From a candidate division FCPU426 bacterium (GTDB lineage: Bacteria > Oederibacteriota > JAAXVQ01 > JAUVAV01), in NCBI GenBank assembly GCA_040756875.1, contig JBFLYH010000001.1, positions 1,024,001-1,088,000 of the forward strand: a DNA stretch of 64,000 bases, in the 5' to 3' direction. Position numbers and translations under genes: made by a program. Shown here piece after piece: positions 61,201-61,785 of the stretch; positions within the stretch are counted from its first letter, which is position 1; each line of letters starts with the position of its first letter. The notes beneath the pieces were generated by a model. That model saw only the letters and a list, made by a program, of their open reading frames with translations, was not told the origin of the DNA and did not search any database.

Positions 61201-61400
61201 AAGGCCGGTTGGGTCTGATAGGTCTGGGTTTCGAAAGCCCAGGCCAGCGCCGGCATCAGGAAAGCCAGGGATAACAGGAGTGAAACAGTTCTGGTCGCGA
61301 GCCTGCGCTTCGGGTCAGTCCAAAAAGACAGAATCGACCACGAAAAGCCCGCTTCAAATTGTCGAGGAGTGTTTGCTGTCTTCATATAATGGAATTGCAT
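31287..61400 (-). CDS. Giant (~10,030 aa) multi-pass, multi-enzyme protein
   Basis: Single 30.1-kb open frame with many recognisable enzyme motifs in frame, an N-terminal signal-like segment and internal repeats. The true start may be ATG 61385. Confidence 0.92.
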   Translation of the reverse strand: MQFHYMKTANTPRQFEAGFSWSILSFWTDPKRRLATRTVSLLLSLAFLMPALAWAFETQTYQTQPALIRYHDQPVEIPEKLATIAHAFQGEDRLVIHIQDLHCNYEVQKNIAACIEYLAKRHGLKLVAIEGASRPVNVTKLSTFPVEKVKQEVGDHFVRLGKISGAELAAAAGEQPVNLVGIEEAEHYREGRECVMSFLTHESQGYVWDIREVLDRLKPRVYTQALLGFDAETTAFRKGERSLYRYSRTLLDAANRQGLPLSEYPQLAAFAAGKGETAGPAFDPEILYQQLEALDARLRAGMYTHADQQSLDELIHRLDIMEKMLSIAVSSREFAEYRSQPYLFKVDTFQTFIRHHDPDGELTLEPAVYELENYLKKVEEFYANADVRSQDFVRNLLARMDREHASIAVLISGGYHTQHVLDLLRLRNLSYLSLKPKLSQVDVVNPYYSLLRKQRTPLEKLLAQNQNILALAPFFAEADDTQSVLDDAQLPEDLRIGYRLLDASLKLAYLQYARQQGASGLEALTARYAATLATYRSNSSGIAPDFSRALVTPNALAVPFSPGFFAVVGPVGLNRRLGPEPLQTLPLRQFEMTFYGQEQWTAVTAGLQGRDWFARLRSAVSVLAAWGQRMQTLLARVPARVRWTGFDYAGWLAIAVLLAVRAFSPETTLTGAAGEWWNWAFAAAIIPPVGPVERVSPDRDPNRDQQKKNRPDGQEEQPATDRLTISDEAGLIRQLLAPETRQQALEEFRNRRELQERVLAGLAGLISSGSDEARVQALETVAALGPLAVNAGIRQALLVAESAEPLQVPARRALEAVFSGPEVKRLDKPSAMGRLQITDARMLLTAPLSVAKTGQEQAQPPEAAETKLLVTGHPLDAEGRPIETETVELILTVRPLSDPELELANAGLAEARQARAARKDLDQTDRRVLASLLEQWDALKAARGTAPFQGLFAITRTEVVRGPQDFVIGGLGFPEAALLHAGLFSTRQPLAAALLHELGESLPDPAVDHRFLRGAGKTERLDLATVPSSEQAGFVGREFGLDAQDGLTEWLEAWKRGVWIVEHTFDSRATEDGILEYLAEAQRIARFYGVRAQMNLAASTPEQAEALEALGLSPQESAREQALPANHDAVLLRELSQAGEVQAPQAWQMYAEIAVTAAEPFTFSGKRTLTLQVKSKTFLRRMQSSAMPLTPEDVRQALVSGELRLAVWNLPLTFVHSVVAPDETQWFISASDLIQLQASWREARQAKPAEEQAGKEPEAQKPEAGRSAQAEEQARKREAEAREAEAARQFADDLRAVIGGETRRLNEHPLTQALRDQERVGRYNQQLNLLKDMRLQIQRVAKLMKRKPQAVPLRQTDYLPLVNEFQKILQSVPKAPKGMNPRQANDLLVRLQRLEDSVRQYLFGMAGYHHITFMSGGMVPDLELYQTVSNQILLHAALMSAANKRIMSRCLQYVESRDRTPRMYKSLAQHAPGAQERAAPVETVQAEMKAVREALEGMFGFYTRLRATAPSLYSTVGQQYAELAKAAQAIQAGEYTAAQLHETVYDFFVDLSSLVSYDFNFYWLEGHERPAEEYNGMIRSLIAASTRVFQAMGWGDVDVTDYFNTPADGEVLSTSAQRYKLRAHGRSLLDPDETGGAMGKFEITEATVLSPRAATFTQAEADLLQGIASTDETVLKVLSLPQIRVKAHPIDAQGQVDRSQELEFIVTLREPSAREMARIEQALQKLDGISASRARWFGQDKKVLAAMLAQARTLMQTTGQPVDLDQTFGGFYIMTRVEVRRGPPDAVFRGMAAAGTVLLDQGLFSQDGVFDAALAHELGESLGDPAVDHRFLRGAGKRERVAQLGNLTSEAVGFVGRLLGNDQQEALSRWLAATRPAARERENIPAEAILSPEERALLLGALAEFEEAAAEEIMRLTAQIRDLHHDIFPMLPALPEAAAGAFAEGVLNGSLTLNHLRQKFEFDLLAWAKPRLYSPAEARAFAFKGNLFEFMNTAPYRLDKSDALVASALRAAGRARPGAGLRFLEVGVSADPDALWLTAGNVRRQLDRESTAAPQVDFLGMDKNLPLAVVRGDREEVQAIFDSQGNIISLMTRSGRTVGASFIARWKSLAAEFRRRFKTLETYSRAQPGKGQAYALDRAEGIWNPWQNPKYLQAGLRLFQGDVMDFKLPTPVDVIRAANVAIHFSPEVWERARQQIAANLREGGFYIEVSNTIAGQNNFYRVFQKQQGELVPLTPQAAVAAGLPEADRYTPIPERVMDRLQAAQSGFLKVIRELLEFYGPGFPGLYLIGAWGRGELLTVDPEEPIRIGVTADELPAPEQLRQWEEQFGIQVERLHSGKHLEGVQIDEEDFASEGRSISGLILPAFTQRLYEDALAPNMFVVPEMTVQPGLIAGRAVVIDRLEVAIHSRAERLVFEYQPLRQGARQGYMLNYYGMGGKWDEWTGVPDIFVYALREPEVGGLLGLRGLLIEELTGLRDMNLLRPLLNLFFHLYPEVRQTHPKLENPMLQSMLIREFGFGPQKPLRPNAWIRMLPEADRTQKVRAQLFFVDPAARDLVGNAPLTIREQYAIVDRKTPEFEPLYLGETLVVKDQAKFNAAFAQAPVVVKEPYSGQGGIMPRVKEWYVNRGNPDEATRQARSSRYDRWVAFWLENSLTLAFAGFLVGLPVVAATGDISLALRATMLAAWPAFLGGHFIADSQGRRAPPLNLALAGLLSLLNIGLCLSGLSLPLLLGAGVLSHFIVNQAVPRVMAFHWRWPRLSLSTGWLATAFLLALSLTTALSQPLAALAGVSREARPNIYYSEPVAPTEARIQKINLVRQRGYYYKPLDPEQRALDGRLPSVVEAEKTAVPSEGTLTVTELVRARLSGNAGRRSGAPSEIYFTGFFNAINDAGAFSKEGSLNLVSRGQPTGERVQVDVLFPNLESGLRINAPVTVNGRIHYVAGPDEKVSIGSDGKIVSRQADNLEYSLDYEIEKMSENGDLQGSFPVTPRLEREFADIPDVIRGQLDDVKRWTGFRNDRNQPLSNEQWKAQAAMRAIVDYFAYYERQIYALNQGTWGSFVNGELEQGRRFLCDCEALAMNAFIYLRYLGLDAVFAMGLSNVDGNSLLTENEAHGVLLVKVDGEWLIFDPTRFVPYLQLDTPVSLQPRPETVVQGEPETKVQPTRFAGKYFEMPAEADVQAAEKAMQGRFAAGGIMPRVKEWYVNRGNPDEATRQARSSRYDRWVAFWLENSLVLAGAGLLLGVPLYWATGDIALAARASYLLAWPAFLGLHFIADSAGRRAPALNLALAALIAVLNLGLLAVSSSLPVVLASAFLVHFAVNRFAPLAMSQFGTSRKPAVRVEDQSAPPVLDPKRSQRAQWINLRLLPVGTLVHYYIGGGNWRYTLRVEPDERVSIWLRDDAGRISAPASAVGNLGPEAEAGIRGLIDENASAAMPFFLQTPVGEGPRRLVGIDYDGYAEVPLNLTVQLPRGQSDFPEGSARVFTAEELAARTLASRLDQIGGYLADLYEHAVFGRLPGLSPEMSAGFVEAARSESAQLAGKLGLPLSALEEAVQRGRERLTGRESGEETKTFFANLIRERLAAPGLATAQGPVVGAMGMTTDQAWQDRVLAQTPAGLDPNAPVRLRGLVADVDLTLTDTPVAPLTRQALDQIVRALKAGIPVLLISGSPGRAAQTSKIFRSNDPRDFVERTEIRDQDSLELRIIRQLRTELGKTGDLAALANLEIQANTGRETFTFDAQGTTRFERRQGPVVKPAAQISLGKALALSYLRLLGRQQGLDLENELAAIEASNDFLEIKDRFQAVVKGRTTAFFQPYDYEVNLSSHDTIVEGRDVLAGAQALLGKWGLADQFPEFMAGASTDYAKFSLARKRDHVRTWAANLPAAGALLLLGDSVIDDFLTDAGLPGLRFPIFLGPAKDVTGQPGVIVARDDQGRDRAGFRAAGLALKNFLDAHEQGTPYRRLAFYDGRVSLDSLLQEGAVDRALVARLETAGPTEGAPVQRVQYGEPEWQTGEDVPRTVTVDNPRQPGSRLALHFRERILVEGHYEFLYSTQLPEGSLAVGFELAGDHLRLLNIEATEPVEGQGWGLAVSRWLQGLARELYPDNPMPLVFDSVRNPAMLGIALELFQAGTMEMQEPDQQAWNRLDDPRVDLYNSFGPLRRQYIAGEIKIRRADGRYEVVSQPAGLDVALAGVKLEIRDRGTGTRETRFRFSTDFNLRGRALDLPQQAEGLANAFARQRPAAVLSTAEATWQQAQGLEVETKVFNYRDDQLVRDLLRDLRAAHARHGYAILEEGGRPMPFEERLDLYHGRRFQAGAVVVTAFRNQDTKPEEYIVVIQNQQGEVIGHALIARDNERSRTGIIGIRIYPPFLRQGYGRQVLLLVMKAMTIPGLLYQETNIERISFQQGPGAEGTEEWKETKQFLVKSGFQETPSGRILRYEIPGRVAQQALFALGAVAMFAGLAVDLVLWAAGLQGGLGWGTGLTTLLVPYFAWRLPLVLGLFKSADRAYGLQDLREDLRKLQGVRLKVPLPGRWLPWVSGQTEEVPADLQSLRIHSLKISPWRLLLFFGPAAFYSPGANALAFHANLLSLPEARRLRVVAHEVDHYLVAQAPAGRRAWWRQVPGLSWLAGEWQALAAEQAGRKAAQLPGENSVQELRPLDRAYARSKQQALLDLHNRDPHLPVMHPQDLDAEVVNGVRWFNRWNRSYVIENAAGEPVAMLIAYERPASVLANIDTPTLYIKALVVDEAYRRLGLGRKLMLQAMADFKAQGFAAYPQEKTRNISLVTSEIQEAAVNLYNGLGFRQVGTRGNAMVLLCQTEKVDVAAEQARAPEAEARPADDSDRVDVGALLARTEGTPAHELLQVLELESARVLETRTDETTRLTVQRILAPVRAKPSEPPQGIDVLHNELGPTREFELLYNRQGQLLAVFPVVSGQLLAEFPNRDTHPLNYFDFSAFNFALPAWDDREFKQHWLDQAGQWQADQQAIRQYLESRGLAEIVTKVPDLGHKPFVFAQFVEEMGLFMPWFMEFDFADVLRTQGGILDRFYDARPEVKRVLFPVFPTVYSPALGEGETGLGQNFLADYMYLRSIYIAGKNEKLAQDDKILVVGPGSGIDAWIAWLGAGLPVYAVGINPFEVANSRYLAKAAGFPLIAKVHDNIMSRDGQWAFAGEQFALIFSNAPFVKRMSEEEKGFYAQIAREFLAGVSGTLEEIAQWVRQVLVNNGQLRPKRLAGYADGDNGEFIRQLTLGTGESLVPDRGRLIVWNRGDAAGLIYAEAEANGLEVLDTINPDDEENEVHIISRPQTAKTPAAGRGAKQPMPVLGLAAVFAGLAVDLVLWAAGLQGGLGWGTGLTTLLVPYFAWRLPLVLGLFKPADRAYGLQDLREDLRKLQGVRLKVPLPAAWLPWIRGANENVPPELRNLRIETLRLSPWRLLLFFGPAAFYSPGADVLALHANLLSLPEARRLQVVAHELDHYLAAQAPAGRRAGWRQLPGLSWLAEEARALGAELARLPWPQITVQSPVRFVQPAGTTDLIPLLQAPFLMSKSNKSRGGQMTAEEKRQKNQQYEARMFRRALADGQVFVELAGAGEDDSRPNVLEAYEDIRQGRLTWREADGQVVVTPRKISLEEYLNQLDEARVEWAERLWQQTQATGDYMLPLVGAREGALRLNREEAYLAVASGRLTIETQEGRDLPALVAGSAEDYLENIRQARAGAAEQFQRLFDENERAMGLMLSDEELEAAPAHAYLGHPNTQEAERGLREGWLRYTVYPDGGVWLRLTGIRAADYFRVLEAGRQKIQDEFEDQLPGETLYVDLESDTGLDVFEGFNRPNVEEVREGIMQGKLGWRHNPKTNALQMYVVDMGTPEYMAEVTAARNRAADDYALSLKPGQIYMERSQAQKQIPDEVWPTVEDVDQYVREGRLIYRERDGVKQVGIVGRPAEPIFALIQRSRKEREQSLVEPLPETGVVYIDLVDAQGRVVDTPAQPNLFETIRHIRAGRLVPVFADGRYGVRVVGQDPAAYAEELDRTRKASADAFLKLFLESPLEDIRNGSIRGSVSEDPEFVRAAIAPFGFASHRIESYQAIRDGRMVWSYENKVLARHVVGLKIVDFVENLIGARQDAADALLAWALQNGVDTIEVADIVTRGVQPQAAKPSAKKGKDKKPKVSKSERERLQQIRQAERLTLFEAYRSIMSGLVVPVRRNNNQMALEPADLSRRELIQAVRNGRNQPTMQAIEAFLASSATVSIGGVELTRPEIIGGLAMHALQVLPGTNQVRLGLGYTQSDYLRNLLAERRLRQAQASDLQEMSRSFGAFLQKRFTGRASLAFADLGAGARAEFGRNLRQLVQQLGFGVSTGVSVEQGIMDRAAPEELRVQYADIHSPQDLAAVGLHPQAQELVTLNNIDNNDLIAPALGLVKPGGLLVITHAYTEEQDFIANTRRRLEQLAAADPDLNWVEADLPADYPASNLESATPMASMPKMFIVERKARAPEGEAPRQPLGVLGLAGIAAGVVVDLLLWASGLQTGLGWGTGLAVALLPHFAWRLPLVLGLFKPADRAYDMQDLRRDMRSLLDVRFKVPLAADWLPWVNGETEAIPESLRLLRIESLKISPWRLLLLFGPAAYYSPSDRALAFHANLRSLPESRRLQVVAHELHHYLADRTSAGLIAWWQRLPGLAWLAEEARALFAEWGRFRTGAAEIPVDYNAAIASAFQAGEPRQVLDRLAEAWERGLANLDFRTLLMARSSLQQAVVKFRGIKPEQAARLLRVMPLLPKDPTLAGELEKITRAGLEFLAVDGRQDLITGLLSDQTAEPAQKIRWLNLLLADPDQYDAASVILGWFRNARRQGMIGRNAAFASASTAAGLVPALLRTLGKKLKLNLYETASARALQGLVRALSLQPEDVVIGVNEEREPGMAGLAAREFPQWAREPQSVENRSAVGLTFRDNQFAAAPFEKNDVSCVAVNYAPLKYGVPEQVPEAAAARLRLDLNLSGRPLIVLGSPSRHELDAFMAEYRALYAGLPIAERPVVVVGLRRDDIDYPQTPLDVLQGQAGEVRRADGEAYPDLSGKNILLVESVGEMNAFYAAADVVVMGNDRNLLEPAAQGKPVLYFGSHWEYNREAWQGLEAAGGARMFDRGLLQALLADPAAARKMGGLSRGFFDAFLREQIPRGAEAGALRIVSSLLLQAEASPADALRQQALAARVLVLQVNAPWLPAWLARAYARVAERFSPWAGRYDVQRGSRDGYDTLIFRDLAHDSSFEIVPGFAAKIASFTVAGREILHFDKVPSSGGIEVMYPYIDQVAGNQFMFNGRLIDLGDKALTDAGLTKKNAQGTVYHGLVRRQPFHVDKISVNAKGLSVRVRFDNRSHPEILKRFGPGRLALTYRLSGPELFNRIQVDNATVFTTGSHPWFKRGEGKWFLQVPAERLLPTRDMLPTGPPRTVDRSSMDLRAFQASDRSRHGVLLDLQAEPEGQVVSRAYNETEGLMIEVAQSANMPFVVVWDKETGFFALEPVTSPPGALNDTDGHLGLNPVTSRLFNAEVAYRVSFQRDEAGRPLTLAQLEAERGVPATAADQIQLAGDRVRLTSRGRTVELRQQRSLVTEIGVGLIRPQTPAKEFAELLAYRMPIADGYAGSGLRGVLIARDLRGMGLLRPLLTLFFNQFPRLRQTHPAMKNLILHEVLMREYGFGPSVPSEPTAWVKFKAGAGEAAVLQVYFPDQADRAAFESAAPEEMQEQYEYVAARDDGFSPVYLGQSLVVKDEERFAAAIARVPVTGAEEELWQEAERVLAWTGKPAITRNQRLAVRAQAAWAWVLHYLGGNLDTLALLVLAGAAVAQWLSGHNASESMLAMGMVLGLGQIAAQDDMKIFKGQGGWALPSLEGRTLQIAAGSWNRLSSLSLPREAAGRLAQAASWRESELADVSHEFVQLSPAVLTAFQSALDQARGRLLQTGRFSPEELNVELIITSGDFASAGVKELQTGAKPRIYLDWRVFQNQDWLDVSLARELGKLQLSRLMPQTPAAHLELFALLWINLRGFEDLVRFDRQRAGRLLADIKSWAAPDQGLAPYYQRILEGEDYKDPMDKLADVSKLLEQGVLYSSQVSKTLLQPTLDASGSWAKLFLTTSIGPLAMVWREAPGLVAESAWKPLAGLLDKGVPPALQDLAPYAYQIQYVEEDSRLFLRLRMGQSEAGYDRFAYLLLAPRDDPAKVLSEYGTLGGIHYQEWRQQASHLFSEPREGYAAERGAHWQRLIRMPITKLIRTLNDYNLRHGKREITEELTRHFRTLFRDMGLDAGRMSNRTWLSLRNQLPRQNKPYLYRLIQREYLNYYMDMLYPLHLLGTIDVRSQTVGDLPLWVVSEQPQLAPGLLDWMFSPDMRGPPAFYQLAEKITWNDVVRQLAAQDQIQKQAAQARESRQLTLPFATQGESPQALDDWLPFLHVLGLDATQGIISADSQRQTWQVPGDQIALLERIVHLQLRGGQVRLHLLRPQGRPLALVIEAEGSPENYIGVMTEMAEDPADAFAAVQPQVDALLARLGAKPVKPFALAEWSEVPALGRRVPTYASVFTALGPSSTSLIESVDVKPGERICEMGCGMGVVSVLAAQRGAAEVVAVDFNPMAVANANDVARRLGVADRVKAWVGDFFSLLSGKPLGLFDQIYFNPPMIDQPAESMAQQAFKDPGLQVIAEFLRQAKNHLKPNGQIVLPYLIRSPRFFQLLYEQGYRIRAVGKESENIAGIVEAAVFVLEVRPMEQTAVKAMAADFFDPRQHRLARLGAAQALGTQGLEGLQVIMRRLEEEPSTPLRSQLYRTLGNLYTAFPAENQAVRGAVKRLIIGGLNDYHPAVRQAASDALGMATAADQADAARARAPEEGEKDQGKRFDLAANVLAFSGWGLAAGLGLALLAPLTGAWFAQAWLGLFGFGTLLYGSRALPGVANWLFAHFVHQSLPANTLTDNHMLMRLIRLSFDVPVDFSAIDRVSRRFAETLDRRVFIARWLVQDIDWTQGENRAERAYLAVLQAVNWALRLTILLNVQAQEHMRLDGWRGRSIYLNPVLPLVYFLRELGRPLAVFWFALRVGRSRAWRTLYSRGELKALTPGLQRMLDDFRASNLPLFIATGSAEGRTWRELKQRGLESHFTGRIFGARFPKTDTLRRAHAVSADPGVVVMIGDGGLDMSAAKMVPGTVAIGRAPDLEQTELATYGADHLISDYNAFEWSPRENTLRFYDAKTNQRISIRNVKAVVFDYDGTMLDNQQELARALGELVPELDGIKAGTQDHKRLSRFGAGLLEEINGMSMVEVVHYLYFRLRGFRRNAIRESPKRIFHSGWSASEPSAGRQTAPLPLNPVELTQEVKAGEQRLLPGDHVQLMWRMDTANATVLSAVGEDAYLLQIVGPQETDYVIMKRDPLKAALVYVGRTESLEARLVGGTLNLDYLRHIARLVNPEDQRRQRKRVLAVRPLADLATLLNATQAEDLMLVDDLPWQPAGKPLSRAALDSNQTYYLRFKQVHGKILGLPRTVLTRTGIWPFLNLELNLLGATHISEPVQSRTDPRQFTVHFEWGGKIRRLTYLQVADLEDTETYADALDRRGPFDFLLLKVGQYQTQELGNPALKLGRLAGVMVRQFLKRNGFVIADRWESLPAEPIRNTYLKQLHPGEPGLTALESVGARFSLRLRGWPESQPGALIFRQVRYSSAEGGRLTPRLARRLSAAEALVNQPLLNRPFRVFQRWRTPRLLWLILLQTGRWVVGRLAPMTVSDAGLAEERLDLLKRRYFPRDDVESASFRPHQLATEQLEETAAWTERLLGRYEALAGQTARLDLSGSLLADLGAPAAAGRWARLRSALAAETARQILRYRSAEFYRQHAAAAWTETVANAFYRLSSVQPSWLARFSQRLLMTRAPELYLRLVQADAKRRQPEAAAAAELAAAWASADDPLGAAYLAFAREPGAGQEAALALALLEWLQAVPDPGQRLAEWTYASALLSRLAALRSAPVAALGTGRDQRLLLPGVLLRRASWTGRVRKLLEPWPFLAPLDLEKPLRRPRLRYSPGQAA
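33520..34170 (-). other. Giant-protein domain: circularly permuted HAD phosphatase
   Basis: IATGS, PK and MIGDGGLD come before VVFDYDGTMLD. Confidence 0.75.
35200..35770 (-). other. Giant-protein domain: HemK/PrmC-like N-methyltransferase
   Basis: EMGCGMG, VVAVDFNP and FDQIYFNPPM motifs. Confidence 0.8.
38790..39700 (-). other. Giant-protein domain: aldose 1-epimerase/mutarotase-like
   Basis: GGIEVMYPY, YHGLVR, GSHPWF and FALEP motifs. Confidence 0.8.
39900..40900 (-). other. Giant-protein domain: KdtA/WaaA-like GT-B glycosyltransferase
   Basis: PLKY, RPLIVLGS, LLVESVGEMNAFYAAADVVVMG and NLLEPAAQGKPVLY motifs. Confidence 0.7.
41970..42460 (-). other. Giant-protein domain: class I SAM methyltransferase-like
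   Basis: FADLGAG and LVKPGGLLVI motifs. Confidence 0.6.
45560..46260 (-). other. Giant-protein domain: N-methyltransferase-like
   Basis: ILVVGPGSG, VYAVGINP and LIFSNAPF motifs. Confidence 0.65.
46990..47300 (-). other. Giant-protein domain: GNAT acetyltransferase
   Basis: LVVDEAYRRLGLGRKLM and AVNLYNGLGF motifs. Confidence 0.8.
48120..48430 (-). other. Giant-protein domain: GNAT acetyltransferase
   Basis: IYPPFLRQGYGRQVL and FLVKSGF motifs. Confidence 0.7.
49700..50540 (-). other. Giant-protein domain: HAD hydrolase (Cof/IIB-like)
   Basis: VADVDLTLTD, LLISGS and LLLGDSVIDD motifs. Confidence 0.75.
52010..52330 (-). other. Giant-protein domain: transglutaminase-like (Cys-His-Asp)
   Basis: CDCEALA...LRYLG...EAHGVLLV...WLIFDPT. 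Confidence 0.8.
54770..55345 (-). other. Giant-protein domain: CheR-like class I methyltransferase
   Basis: RFLEVGVS, FLGMD, VDVIRAANVAIHF and NLREGG motifs. Confidence 0.7.
60090..61130 (-). other. Giant-protein N-terminal TraB/ChaN/EreA-like domain
   Basis: IQDLH, VAIEG, SGAE, VGIEE, R...FV.N and ISGGYH motifs. Confidence 0.6.
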
Positions 61401-61402
61401 TC

Positions 61403-61431
61403 AATATATCACATTTTTCTTCTCCTGGCAA
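61403..61431 (-). promoter_or_regulatory. Putative sigma70 promoter of the giant gene
   Basis: TTGCCA-17-TATATT with extended TG in an AT-rich gap. It implies translation starts at ATG 61385 or further downstream. Confidence 0.55.
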
Positions 61432-61582
61432 ATAGGCAATCTAATAATACAGCTTATTTTAAAAGATTTTAATTAGTTTGTTTCAATTTGATACGATACT
61501 GGCGGGTTATTTAGCCTTTAAAATTAAGGATCTGCAGGGTGTTGGCCAAACACCCTGCAGATTGCCTGCTAAACCATTATCT

Positions 61583-61762
61583 TTATTGGCCCAAACCCAA
61601 GGCCATAATGATGCCGTTTATTCCATGCATGAGCGCCAGGAGCAAAATGACCCAACCAAGTATGATATGCACTTTCCGGTCGGCTTTAATGATCCTGTGC
61701 CCGAGCAGGATATTCAACGCCAGCAAAACAAAGAGCGTGATACCGCTGAAAACCATAATCAT
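61583..61762 (-). CDS. Small membrane protein (59 aa, two His-bearing helices)
   Basis: Strong AAGGAGGTGA RBS before ATG 61762; hydrophobic, with KVH and MHG. Confidence 0.65.
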   Translation of the reverse strand: MIMVFSGITLFVLLALNILLGHRIIKADRKVHIILGWVILLLALMHGINGIIMALGLGQ

Positions 61763-61785
61763 GGTCTCACCTCCTTCCGGAAACA

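Noticed and set aside
31296-61274. Many overlapping ORFs up to 716 aa within the giant gene
   Set aside because: Shadow frames expected from high-GC coding DNA; all recognisable motifs lie in the 10,037-aa frame.
31287-61400. NRPS/PKS, RHS or MARTX identity for the giant protein
   Set aside because: No A/C/KS/ACP motifs, YD repeats or Gly-rich RTX repeats were seen.
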